Both the position numbers and the translations under genes were made by a program. The notes beneath the pieces were generated by a model. That model made no database searches and was not told where the DNA came from. It saw only the letters and a list, made by a program, of their open reading frames with translations. Source: Candidatus Nealsonbacteria bacterium (GTDB taxonomy: Bacteria; Patescibacteriota; Minisyncoccia; Minisyncoccales; PWPS01). From it: 62,876 bases of DNA. Positions 18,822 through 27,741 of the stretch are shown here, one piece after another. Every line of letters starts with the position of its first letter. Position 1 is the stretch's first letter. The stretch covers positions 1 through 62,876 of the forward strand of contig PWEN01000042.1 in assembly GCA_003553505.1 (NCBI GenBank), read 5' to 3'.

Positions 18822-19379
18822 TCAGAAAGAAAGCGCAGCAGATAGCCCTATGCAGGATGCTTTTTGTTCTTCCCTCCATTTTTCTATGTTAAATCCCTTG
18901 TATCCGGATATCACTGCTCCAGAGTACTTTTGATTTGTTTTGCTTTTTGCTGTTCTGACATGAACATCACTAAACAGCAAGACGCTTTTTATTTCGTAGT
19001 ACAAGGAGATAAGCCAGGCCATCTCCACCGTCGTAGGAACATATTCTTTGGTGCCGAGCAGTCTTATTTGCTGATCCCACCTTAAAAATGTTGATCCTTC
19101 AACAGGCGATTTTTGAATGAGGCTCCAGCCCGATACATCTTTTTTTATTTTCGGGAGACAGCTTGAGAAAGGGTTTTTTTCGCTTAACCTTTCATCAGTT
19201 AACTCCGGGGGTTCAGGAACAAGAACATGGTTGCTCGCTTTTTGGAGCGTTTCCTTGCCTGGAAGAGAGTTTTGCAATTTTAATTTTTGGTCTTCGGAGT
19301 AGAAAACTCCGAACTTCTCAAAGACTTCCTCTACTTCTTCCGGCATAATAATGTCTTCAATTACTCTTGGTATCCTCAT
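18822..19379 (-). CDS. Hypothetical protein, paralog B2
   Basis: AGGAGG upstream; DIIMPEE, FYS..Q, GW, MAW, LF...RT shared with B1. Confidence 0.75.
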   Translation of the reverse strand: MRIPRVIEDIIMPEEVEEVFEKFGVFYSEDQKLKLQNSLPGKETLQKASNHVLVPEPPELTDERLSEKNPFSSCLPKIKKDVSGWSLIQKSPVEGSTFLRWDQQIRLLGTKEYVPTTVEMAWLISLYYEIKSVLLFSDVHVRTAKSKTNQKYSGAVISGYKGFNIEKWREEQKASCIGLSAALSF

Positions 19380-20008
19380 TTCTCCTCCTCCTGCTGCTTA
19401 AACAAGTCTATTTCTTGGGCTGCCACAATGGGCAGCTTGTTGTCGGAAGTAGAGAAGAACTCTATTCCGTTGTTGTTATCAAAACATATCCTGTCTCCGT
19501 CGTCTTCCAAAGAGGACGTGCGGAAACTTTCTTGGAACAAGCTTTCTCCTTTAACTTTCTGATACACAAATTCCATCCAAGCCATCTGCGTTGCAGACAG
19601 CGGCTTCTGGCTGCAGCGCAGGAGCTTTACTGCACTGTGCCATGATCTTCCTTTTGATTTGGGAATTCCTTTTTTCCAAACCGCATACCATCCCCAGCCT
19701 ATAAATTCTTTGGTAAAACTCTCTTTTTCCCACCAACTGTTGCTTGGTGAAAAGACATCGGGATCCAGCATGTATATGTTTTTTAGTGTTTGCTGGACCG
19801 GGGGGCCGCAGAGGATGACGACACTGTTTTCGTAGCAGTATCGCGCTACCATTTCCAGTGCAAGCTCCCGAGGGAGCATCAATGAGAGCTTTTCGAGTTG
19901 TTCTTGAGAGTAGAAAAGTTGTTTTTCAACTGCATCTTCAATCTCTTCCGGCATAATGATGTCCATACCGATTATCTCTCTTCCTTTCTTTAGCTCTTGA
20001 GCCAACAT
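19376..20008 (-). CDS. Hypothetical protein, paralog B1
   Basis: AGGAGG upstream; divergent TGGTATAAT promoter near 20062-20070. Confidence 0.75.
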   Translation of the reverse strand: MLAQELKKGREIIGMDIIMPEEIEDAVEKQLFYSQEQLEKLSLMLPRELALEMVARYCYENSVVILCGPPVQQTLKNIYMLDPDVFSPSNSWWEKESFTKEFIGWGWYAVWKKGIPKSKGRSWHSAVKLLRCSQKPLSATQMAWMEFVYQKVKGESLFQESFRTSSLEDDGDRICFDNNNGIEFFSTSDNKLPIVAAQEIDLFKQQEEEK

Positions 20009-20093
20009 AGAACCTCCTTTTGCTGTTGTTTTTCTTTCTTTTTTAAGAGAACTTGCGCAAAATTATACCAAAAATTTGATCAAAAGTAAACAT

Positions 20094-20121
20094 TTGACAT
20101 TTTTTTTCATTATGCCATAAT
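20094..20121 (+). promoter_or_regulatory. Putative promoter TTGACA-16-CATAAT
   Basis: Perfect -35; TATGCCATAAT identical to 15758-15768. Confidence 0.65.
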
Positions 20122-20169
20122 TTTATGCAAGTTTGTGGCAAAAAACCAGAAAATAAAAAAGGAGGAAGA

Positions 20170-20418
20170 ATGACAGCAGAAATGGAGCGTTATCTTCGGA
20201 TTCGAATGCAGCTCACAAAAAGGGTGGTTGTTGAGATTGATAAAGCAGAAGAGGATGAGTTCTTGGATAAGCTAAACGATGAAGAAGTCTCTCTTATAAC
20301 GTTCAAGAGAGAGGAAGGTAAAACGTTTCTGTTGGTGGATATCCATAAAGGAACAAAGCTAAGGGGCGTAAAAACAATAACTGACGTTTCCTCAATATTC
20401 GGGGAAATGTATCTGTAA
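20170..20418 (+). CDS. Hypothetical protein (82 aa)
   Basis: AGGAGG before ATG 20170; own promoter and terminator. Confidence 0.7.
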   Translation: MTAEMERYLRIRMQLTKRVVVEIDKAEEDEFLDKLNDEEVSLITFKREEGKTFLLVDIHKGTKLRGVKTITDVSSIFGEMYL

Positions 20419-20427
20419 GTCACAAAC

Positions 20428-20452
20428 AAGGCCCTGCAATGCAGGGTCTTTT
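20428..20452 (+). terminator. Intrinsic terminator
   Basis: AAGGCCCTGC/GCAGGGTCTT stem with T tract. Confidence 0.7.
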
Positions 20453-20486
20453 GCATGTAGGCGTTTTTTGTGGTATATTACTTTCA

Positions 20487-21650
20487 ATGCCTAGAAAAAG
20501 AGAAGGAGATTTTTTCTTTAAGGTCCTTTTTTTTCTTTTTATATTCTTGTGTGGCGTTTTTGCGGGAGTTACGGTAGAAAATATTAGAAGCGTTGTTTAC
20601 CCTCCCGAAGTGGACTTTTCCCTTATGTGGGAAGTTTACGACAAGATGGAAGAAGATTTTATCTACTTTCATGAAACGGAAAAAGAGGACATTGTTTATG
20701 GTGCTATCAAAGGAATGGTAGAGTCTTTCGAAGACCCTAATACCGTATTTTTTGACCCTGAAAGCAGCAAGGATCTTTTAGATAGCTTGGAGGGCAAGTT
20801 TGAGGGAGTTGGAATGGAGGTAGGAATGAGAGACGAAGAGATACGCATAATCTCTCCTTTGCCCGACACGCCCGCAAAAAAGGCGGGAGTGCAATCGGGA
20901 GACGTAATAATTTCTGTTGATGAAGAGTCTACAAAAAACATGTCTCTAGAAGAGGTTGTAAGCCGTATTCGTGGACCAAAAGGTGATCCCGTTGACCTTT
21001 TGCTATCAAGAAAAGGTGAGGAAATAGAGTTTACTATAGTAAGAGATGTTATTGATATTCCCTCCATGTCTTGGGAGATGATAGGCGATGATATCGCTCA
21101 TATTGAGTTTTATCAGTTTCACGAAGGAGCAGTAGAGAAGTTTTCCAAAGAGGTGAACTCTATATTGGAAAGTTCTGCAAAAGGACTTATAGTGGATGTC
21201 AGAGGGAACCCCGGTGGATCGCTTGAAGTGGTGAAAAATATAGCAGGATGGTTTCTGGAGAAGGATAGCGTTGTTGCTCTTGATTATGATGGTGAAAGGA
21301 AGTATAAACCTACCGGGACACCTGCTTTTACAGAGTATCCTCTGGTAGTTCTTTCAAACGAAGGCTCTGCATCTGCTTCCGAGATAATGATCGCTGCACT
21401 GAGAGATAATCGTGGAACCACCATAGTGGGGGAGACCTCGTTTGGAAAAGGTTCTATACAATCTCTTAATCCCATGAAAAGAGGGTCTTATCTTAAATTG
21501 ACAACTTCAGAATTCCTTACTCCCAGCGGGGATCGAATAAATGACGTTGGTATAGAGCCCGATGTGGTTGTTGAGATGGACATCGAAGAGGAAGAGGATA
21601 TTCAATTGGAAAAGGCTATCGAATTATTAAAAGAAAAAATAAATAATTAA
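20487..21650 (+). CDS. ctpA: S41 family C-terminal processing protease
   Basis: TM, PDZ (FEGVG), DVRGNPGG, SASASE, FGKGSIQ, GIEPD. Confidence 0.92.
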   Translation: MPRKREGDFFFKVLFFLFIFLCGVFAGVTVENIRSVVYPPEVDFSLMWEVYDKMEEDFIYFHETEKEDIVYGAIKGMVESFEDPNTVFFDPESSKDLLDSLEGKFEGVGMEVGMRDEEIRIISPLPDTPAKKAGVQSGDVIISVDEESTKNMSLEEVVSRIRGPKGDPVDLLLSRKGEEIEFTIVRDVIDIPSMSWEMIGDDIAHIEFYQFHEGAVEKFSKEVNSILESSAKGLIVDVRGNPGGSLEVVKNIAGWFLEKDSVVALDYDGERKYKPTGTPAFTEYPLVVLSNEGSASASEIMIAALRDNRGTTIVGETSFGKGSIQSLNPMKRGSYLKLTTSEFLTPSGDRINDVGIEPDVVVEMDIEEEEDIQLEKAIELLKEKINN

Positions 21651-21651
21651 C

Positions 21652-22080
21652 ATGCGTATAATACTTTTAAAAGATGTAGAAGAAATTGGTAGAAAGCACG
21701 AAATAGTGTCTGTTTCTGCTGGATATGCGAGAAATTACCTTATCAAAAAAGGACTGGCAAGAACACTTTCTGCTGGGGACGAAAACTTGTCCTTGAAGGC
21801 GGAAGAAAAGAGGAGAAAAGAACAAGAAAAAGAGATTGCTGAAATGCAAAGCAAGGCAGAAAAGATTAGTGGTAAGAAGTTTGAGGTGCCGGTTAAAGTA
21901 GGGGAGAAAGGCCAGCTTTTTGAGGGAGTAAGCGCGAAAAAGGTAGCAGAAGTAACGGGATTAAACAAAGAAAGTATCGACTTACAAGAACCAATAAAGG
22001 AACTTGGAGAGTTTGATGTGAGAATCGCTTTCAAGCACAATATCGAAGCAAAGATAAAAGTTGTTGTAAAAGAGGAATGA
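21652..22080 (+). CDS. rplI: 50S ribosomal protein L9
   Basis: MRIILLKDV..IG....V.V..GYARNYL, PIKELG. Confidence 0.95.
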   Translation: MRIILLKDVEEIGRKHEIVSVSAGYARNYLIKKGLARTLSAGDENLSLKAEEKRRKEQEKEIAEMQSKAEKISGKKFEVPVKVGEKGQLFEGVSAKKVAEVTGLNKESIDLQEPIKELGEFDVRIAFKHNIEAKIKVVVKEE

Positions 22081-23693
22081 AGACGAAGTACATATTTGTT
22101 ACTGGAGGGGTGATGTCGGGAATAGGCAAGGGGGTTGTTACGGCATCTGTTTTAAGAATACTGCAATCAAAGGGGTACAGTGTAACGGCTCTCAAGGTAG
22201 ATCCTTATTTAAATGTGGATGCCGGAACTATGAATCCCATAGAGCATGGAGAGGTTTTTGTAACGGATGATGGCTCGGAAGGTGATCAAGATCTTGGCAA
22301 CTATGAAAGGTTTGCCGGAATTGATCTTTCAGAAAAAAACTACATGACAACGGGAAAAGTTTATCGTTCTGTAATAGAAAAGGAGCGTAATCTAGAGTAT
22401 GAAGGGAAGTGTGTGGAGGTTGTTCCAGATATCCCCAACGAAGTTATACGAAGAATAAAAGAAGCAGGGAAAGATGTTGATTTTGCTCTTGTTGAAATAG
22501 GTGGAACGGTGGGTGAGTACCAGAACATGCTCTTTCTCGAGGCGGCTCGCATGATGCGTCTTGAGAGTCCCCAAGATGTGCTTTTCTTCTTGGTTAGTTA
22601 TCTTCCTGTACCAAACACAATAGGAGAGATGAAGACCAAGCCCACACAAGCGGCAAGTCGTTCTCTTAATGCGGCAGGAATACAGCCTGATTTTATCATA
22701 GGAAGATCTCCTGTTTCTATGGATGAGGTGAGGAAGCGCAAGATCTCTGTTTTTTGTAGCGTAGATGAAAGGGATGTTATATCCTCTCCTGATATAGAGT
22801 GTATGTATGAGGCTCCTATTGTGTTTGAAGAGGAGGGGCTGGGAAGGCGAATACTTGAAAAATTCAACTTAAAAAAGAAACAGGACGACATGAGTGACTG
22901 GAAGAACTTTGTTTCCATGGCAAAGAAAAGATCAAGGAGTGCTAAGATAGCGATCATAGGAAAGTATTTTGAGACGGGAGACTTTGTTCTCTCTGATGCA
23001 TATATATCTGTTATTGAGGCAGTAAAACATGCCTGCTATAACATGGGGTATAGCGATGATATATCTTGGATATCCGCCAGTCGTTATGAGGAAGATCCTT
23101 CTAGTGTGGAGGAGCTTTTAAATTATGACGGTGTTATTGTTCCCGGTGGTTTTGGCAAGAGAGGAGTAGAGGGGAAGATAGAAGCGATAAAGTTTTGCAG
23201 AGAGAACAGCATCCCTTTTTTGGGGCTTTGCATGGGTATGCAGCTTGCGGTTATTGAGTTTGCGCGCAATGTGTGTGGCATGCATGAGGCTTCTTCGTCG
23301 GAGTTTTCCAGTGACACTCCTTTTCCGGTCATCACCATTATGCCGGATCAGGAAGATCTAATCAGAAAGAAAAAATATGGAGGAAGCATGAGACTGGGAG
23401 CCTTTCGGTGCAAATTAAAAAAAGGAACACTTTCTTTTAAGGCGTATGAAAAAAGCGAGATAAGTGAGCGTCACAGACATCGCTTTGAGTTAAACAACGA
23501 ATTTCGTGAAACTTTGGAGAAAAATGAAATGATCGTGGCGGGAAATAATCCGGACCACGATCTGGTTGAGATAATAGAATTAGGGAATCACCCCTTCTTC
23601 TTAGGTACGCAGTTTCATCCGGAGTATAAATCAAGACCGCTTGAGCCGCACCCTTTATTTAAGGAATTTATCAAGAAAGCTCTTGAACGTTAA
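22077..23693 (+). CDS. pyrG: CTP synthase
   Basis: [36 protein letters not shown]. Confidence 0.97.
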   Translation: MKTKYIFVTGGVMSGIGKGVVTASVLRILQSKGYSVTALKVDPYLNVDAGTMNPIEHGEVFVTDDGSEGDQDLGNYERFAGIDLSEKNYMTTGKVYRSVIEKERNLEYEGKCVEVVPDIPNEVIRRIKEAGKDVDFALVEIGGTVGEYQNMLFLEAARMMRLESPQDVLFFLVSYLPVPNTIGEMKTKPTQAASRSLNAAGIQPDFIIGRSPVSMDEVRKRKISVFCSVDERDVISSPDIECMYEAPIVFEEEGLGRRILEKFNLKKKQDDMSDWKNFVSMAKKRSRSAKIAIIGKYFETGDFVLSDAYISVIEAVKHACYNMGYSDDISWISASRYEEDPSSVEELLNYDGVIVPGGFGKRGVEGKIEAIKFCRENSIPFLGLCMGMQLAVIEFARNVCGMHEASSSEFSSDTPFPVITIMPDQEDLIRKKKYGGSMRLGAFRCKLKKGTLSFKAYEKSEISERHRHRFELNNEFRETLEKNEMIVAGNNPDHDLVEIIELGNHPFFLGTQFHPEYKSRPLEPHPLFKEFIKKALER

Positions 23694-23952
23694 CGACTTT
23701 TACCTTTCTTTTTGTTCCGTCGAATCTTGTTCTTACCTTGTCTGAGAACTTTACCTTACCGTCCTTTAATGCGTAAAGAGTATCGTCTCTTCCTCTTTTT
23801 ACATTCTTTCCGGGGAAGAACTTTGTTCCTCTTTGGCGTACTATAATATTTCCCGTTTTCACTGATTGATCGCCAAAGATCTTCACTCCCAAGTATTTTG
23901 GTTGTGAGTCTCTACCTGTTTTTACTGTTCCTGCACTTTTTGTTTTAGCCAT
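23671..23952 (-). CDS. rpmA: 50S ribosomal protein L27
   Basis: [29 protein letters not shown]. Confidence 0.96.
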   Translation of the reverse strand: MAKTKSAGTVKTGRDSQPKYLGVKIFGDQSVKTGNIIVRQRGTKFFPGKNVKRGRDDTLYALKDGKVKFSDKVRTRFDGTKRKVKVVNVQELS

Positions 23953-23975
23953 ATGTTTTCGTTTAAATTTAAAAT

Positions 23976-24164
23976 ATGTTACCAAAAATAAGAGATTTTG
24001 TCAAAAAGAATAAATTTGATATCATTCTTTTTTTAGGGGTTGTGCTTGTCTCGTTGTTGTCGTTCTCATTGGGATACATAACCGCTAAAATGGAAGAAAA
24101 AGAACCGCTTAAATTTGAAGAGCCAATATATGAAGATACCTCGATCAATAGGCATAATTCCTGA
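23976..24164 (+). CDS. Small single-TM hypothetical protein
   Basis: One hydrophobic helix ending SFSLGYI; fills the rpmA-uppS gap. Confidence 0.65.
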   Translation: MLPKIRDFVKKNKFDIILFLGVVLVSLLSFSLGYITAKMEEKEPLKFEEPIYEDTSINRHNS

Positions 24165-24801
24165 CGGCAACAGAAGGTGGGCAAAAAAGAATAATTTTCC
24201 CAACATAGAAGGTCATCGCAAGGGGTTGTTGAAATTTAAAAGAGTAGGGGAATGGTGTCTGGAAAAGGGCATATCGACAATGACCATATTCTCTTTTTCT
24301 AGTGAAAACAAAAATAGATCAGAAGAAGAGATAAAATATTTGACAAAAATAGTAAATAATGCGCTTAATAAAAAAAACATCGAAGAGTTTAAGAAAAAAG
24401 GCGTGCGTTTGCGGGTAGTGGGGGATGTAGGGTCTTTTTCATGTGACATAAAGGAAAGGGCTCAAAAGGCAGAGGAAGAAACGAGAGGTGGTGATAAAAT
24501 GGGCATTAATGTTGCGCTTAATTATGGTGGAAGGTGGGAGATACTGTCTGCTGCTGAAAAGATGGCTAAAGAAGGCAATGAGTTCACAGAAGAGAATTTT
24601 TCTCAAAATCTTGCCATAAAAGAGTTTCCCGATCTTATTATACGTACGGGAAAAGAAAAGCGTCTTTCAAACTTTATGTTGTGGCAAGCCGCTTACAGTG
24701 AACTATACTTCTCTGACAGCTATTGGCCGGAGTTCTCAAAGAAAGAGTTTGAGTATATTCTTGAATATTATGCGAAGAAAGAAAGAAGATTTGGGAGGTA
24801 A
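24130..24801 (+). CDS. uppS: Undecaprenyl diphosphate synthase
   Basis: [35 protein letters not shown]. Confidence 0.95.
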   Translation: MKIPRSIGIIPDGNRRWAKKNNFPNIEGHRKGLLKFKRVGEWCLEKGISTMTIFSFSSENKNRSEEEIKYLTKIVNNALNKKNIEEFKKKGVRLRVVGDVGSFSCDIKERAQKAEEETRGGDKMGINVALNYGGRWEILSAAEKMAKEGNEFTEENFSQNLAIKEFPDLIIRTGKEKRLSNFMLWQAAYSELYFSDSYWPEFSKKEFEYILEYYAKKERRFGR

Positions 24802-24803
24802 AG

Positions 24804-24831
24804 AGGGTGTATTTGTTGTATTATACGAAGA
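24804..24831 (-). other. Degenerate dif-like site (one good arm) downstream of xer
   Basis: Minus strand TCTTCGTATAA-TACAAC-AAATACACCCT; first arm matches the upstream arm ACTTCGCATAA at 9/11. Confidence 0.45.
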
Positions 24832-24862
24832 AAGAAAATAAGTCTTGGAAAATGAAGGTAGG

Positions 24863-25825
24863 TTATTCTTTCATGTCCTTTCCGCCATGAAACTCTCTGT
24901 GTATATCCCTTAGTCTTTGGCTTGTTATGTGAGTATAGACTTGAGTTGTAGCAATATTTCTGTGCCCGAGGAACTCTTGAATTACTCTTAGATCAACTCC
25001 TTGAGCGAGAAGGTCGGTAGCGTAAGTATGGCGTATAGTGTGTGGGGTTGTAATTATTGGTATTCCCGCTTTTTTGGAGTATTTTTTAACTATATTCTCC
25101 ACAGAACGAGAAGTGAGGCGTTTATCAGCACTTCTGGGTCCTTTATGCCTTATAAAAAGCGCTTTTTCTTTATCATTGCGCTTTTTGAGATATGCATCCA
25201 CCGCTTTTACGGCACGATTGCTGAAATAAACGGTTCGTGGATGATCTCCTTTTCCTACGATAACCACTTCCAGATCTTCTGTTTCCGGTTTTATTTTTAA
25301 CTGTTCACGGTCGAGGCTGACAAGTTCTGCAACGCGTAACCCAGTAGAGAAAAGAGTTTCTAGGATAGCTCTGTCACGTAATCCTGTTTTACTGTTTGTG
25401 TCGGGGGCAAGGAGTAGCTTTTCTATCTGATCCATCTCTAAAAACTTTACAGCGCGTTCTTTTTTCTCTTTTGTAAGTTTAACTTTTTCTGCTGGCAGTG
25501 ATGCTATGCTGCGATCTGCAAAGTAATTTAAAAGTGCACGGAGAGCGATAAGGTAATAGTTGCGTGTTCTTTTTTTGATCGGTTCTTTTGTTTGATTGTT
25601 CTTACGAGAAGAGAGGTAAACACGATAGTTCCAAACGTGTTCTTCTGTTATCTCATGAGGCTTTAACTCTTCCAAGTTATTTTCTTGTAGCCAGTTTATA
25701 AAACTCTGCAGGAAGCGTGAGTAGGTTTCCTGTGTTTTTTTTGCAACACCTTTTTCTATATCGAGATATTCAAAAAACCGGGGTACGTGTTCTATTATAG
25801 GCTTTTTATCTTTTTTAAGCGCCAT
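24863..25825 (-). CDS. XerC/D-family tyrosine recombinase
   Basis: Catalytic set intact: GLRVAEL, GKG, HTIRH, LGH, TQVYTH. Confidence 0.93.
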   Translation of the reverse strand: MALKKDKKPIIEHVPRFFEYLDIEKGVAKKTQETYSRFLQSFINWLQENNLEELKPHEITEEHVWNYRVYLSSRKNNQTKEPIKKRTRNYYLIALRALLNYFADRSIASLPAEKVKLTKEKKERAVKFLEMDQIEKLLLAPDTNSKTGLRDRAILETLFSTGLRVAELVSLDREQLKIKPETEDLEVVIVGKGDHPRTVYFSNRAVKAVDAYLKKRNDKEKALFIRHKGPRSADKRLTSRSVENIVKKYSKKAGIPIITTPHTIRHTYATDLLAQGVDLRVIQEFLGHRNIATTQVYTHITSQRLRDIHREFHGGKDMKE

Positions 25826-25853
25826 ACTTCGGTAAAGTTATCTTATGCGAAGT
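25826..25853 (-). other. Putative dif / Xer binding site (11-6-11)
   Basis: Minus strand ACTTCGCATAA-GATAAC-TTTACCGAAGT directly followed by the xer ATG; outer ACTTCG/CGAAGT inverted repeat. Confidence 0.75.
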
Positions 25854-25862
25854 AATATATAT

Positions 25863-26120
25863 TTACTCCCCATTGAAGGACAGGGACTCCACAACAGAAT
25901 CTCGCACACTGTCGATTGTAGATCTTATAGCTTCGTTTATTGATTCTTTGACTTTTTCCTTTTCCTTTTCTGCTTCTTTTTCGACTATCTCTTTCCTTTC
26001 TTCAAAAATAGAAACAACTCTGTTTTTGATCTCCTCTGTCGCTTCTTTTCCTGTTTCTGTGAATCCAAACAAGACGACAAGAGCAGCAATAGATAAGACT
26101 ATGATGATTGCTCTGATCAT
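25863..26120 (-). CDS. Small N-terminal TM plus coiled-coil hypothetical protein
   Basis: Hydrophobic N-terminus, TETGKE, charged helix. Confidence 0.7.
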   Translation of the reverse strand: MIRAIIIVLSIAALVVLFGFTETGKEATEEIKNRVVSIFEERKEIVEKEAEKEKEKVKESINEAIRSTIDSVRDSVVESLSFNGE

Positions 26121-26287
26121 AATATATTTTTTACTTTATTTACTATGTCCCAGAAGTATGAAGCAAGGACATCATACGAGTAAGCAAGCACATCGATTAA
26201 TTGATCGGCAATGTCTCTCCCACTCTCTGTTGCTGCCAGAAAAATAAGAAAGATTAATACTAATACAAAGGATATGTTTTTTATCAT
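26117..26287 (-). CDS. Small TM protein, 56 aa, absent from the ORF track
   Basis: Manual translation MIKNISFVLVLIFLIFLAATESGRDIADQL...KNIL; ATGA overlaps at both ends. Confidence 0.7.
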   Translation of the reverse strand: MIKNISFVLVLIFLIFLAATESGRDIADQLIDVLAYSYDVLASYFWDIVNKVKNIL

Positions 26288-27741
26288 AACTTCTTTTTTG
26301 CCTTTCTAAGCCTTTTTAATACTTCATCCCGTCCCAACACCCAAGATATCTCAAAAGGTCCTGCAGAGGCCTTTTTTCCGCTTAATGCGACGCGAAATGG
26401 CCACAAAAATGACCCTTTATCACTTCCTGCTCTCTCTATTAGTGTTTTTTCTATGCTTTCCATGTCCCACTTATCTATCTCTAAAACGGCCTCTTCTCCC
26501 CTTTTGAGCGAATCATATATCTCTTCATCACTCATGTTCTTCCATCTTAGCATTTCTTTGTCATAATCAACAGGAGCAAAGAAGTAATCCGCAAGTTTTG
26601 TTATTTCAGAGAGATTTTTCATTCTTTCTTTGCATATCGATACTGTTTTTGCAATATCTTCTAATGAGAATTGTTTTCCTTGACTATTGAAGTATTTTCC
26701 CTCTTTTTGTTCAAGAAATCCGGACTCAGTAAGGAAAGGTACACACATTTCCGCCAGCTCATTATCATCTTTTTGACGTATATAGTATCCGTTTATGGAG
26801 TCTAATTTGTCTATATTGAACACTGCTCCACTTTTCTTGCACTTTTCTAACTTGAACTCTTCTATTATCTCCTCTAAAGAGTATATTTCTCTTTCTCCTC
26901 CGGGATTCCATCCCAGGAAGGATATAAAGTTGATCATTGCCTCCGGGAGATATCCCATCTCTTTATACTCTTGAACGGAAACGGCAGCGTGTCGCTTAGA
27001 TAATTTGCTCTTGTCGGGGCCCAGTATAAGTGGTAAGTGTGCATAGTAAGGAGTATTTATTCCCAGCGCTTTTTGTATAAGTATCTGTCTAGGAGTGTTT
27101 GATATGTGATCTTCTCCCCTTATTACATGTGATATCTCCATTTCGTGGTCATCAATCACTACTACAAAGTTGTAGAGTGCTGAAAAATCACTTTTTCCGA
27201 TAACAAAATCTCCTATTTCGTTGTTATCAAAAGAAACTTTTCCCCGAATAAGGTCGTTAAAAGTTGTGCTTTCTTCTTTTGGAGAACGAAAACGGATCAC
27301 AAAGTCGCCTTTTTTCTCGTTTTTTTTCTGGGCACACTTGCCACTGTAGCGCGGTGCTTCACCTCTTTCCAGCTGTTTTTTTCTTTCCTTTTCTAACTCC
27401 TCTGCACTACAAAAACAGGGATACGCCTTGTCTTCTTGAAGTAGTTTTTGGAGGTATTTTTTGTATATCTCCCCTCTCTCACTTTGCCTATAAGGACCAT
27501 AAGACCCCTTTTCACTTTCCTCTGTCACTCCTTCGTCATAATTTATGTTTAACCACTTTATACTTCGTATAATATCAAGCTCATACTCTCTCTTTGATCT
27601 TGTCTTGTCTGTGTCTTCTATACGCAATATAAAATCTCCCTTGTTCTTTTTTGCGAATAGATAGTTAAAAAGGGCCACTCTTGCGGAGCCTATATGAAAA
27701 GGACCCGTAGGAGAGGGGGCGAATCTTACTCTTTTTTTCAT
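26284..27741 (-). CDS. gltX: Glutamate--tRNA ligase
   Basis: RFAPSPTG, HIGS, LRIEDTD, HVIRGEDH, KLSKR. Confidence 0.97.
   Translation of the reverse strand: MKKRVRFAPSPTGPFHIGSARVALFNYLFAKKNKGDFILRIEDTDKTRSKREYELDIIRSIKWLNINYDEGVTEESEKGSYGPYRQSERGEIYKKYLQKLLQEDKAYPCFCSAEELEKERKKQLERGEAPRYSGKCAQKKNEKKGDFVIRFRSPKEESTTFNDLIRGKVSFDNNEIGDFVIGKSDFSALYNFVVVIDDHEMEISHVIRGEDHISNTPRQILIQKALGINTPYYAHLPLILGPDKSKLSKRHAAVSVQEYKEMGYLPEAMINFISFLGWNPGGEREIYSLEEIIEEFKLEKCKKSGAVFNIDKLDSINGYYIRQKDDNELAEMCVPFLTESGFLEQKEGKYFNSQGKQFSLEDIAKTVSICKERMKNLSEITKLADYFFAPVDYDKEMLRWKNMSDEEIYDSLKRGEEAVLEIDKWDMESIEKTLIERAGSDKGSFLWPFRVALSGKKASAGPFEISWVLGRDEVLKRLRKAKKKL

Noticed and set aside
16637-20452. Integron attC sites at the island hairpins
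   Set aside because: Hairpins are short, terminator-like and lack RYYYAAC...GTTRRRY ends; genes carry their own promoters and face both ways
23671-23693. Tail-to-tail overlaps (pyrG/rpmA, NUDIX/HAD, fmt/galU)
   Set aside because: Overlaps of 9-23 nt are ordinary in compact genomes
15644-25825. Prophage or integrative element from tRNA-Lys to the recombinase
   Set aside because: No tRNA 3'-end duplication and no phage genes; ctpA, rplI, pyrG, rpmA and uppS intervene
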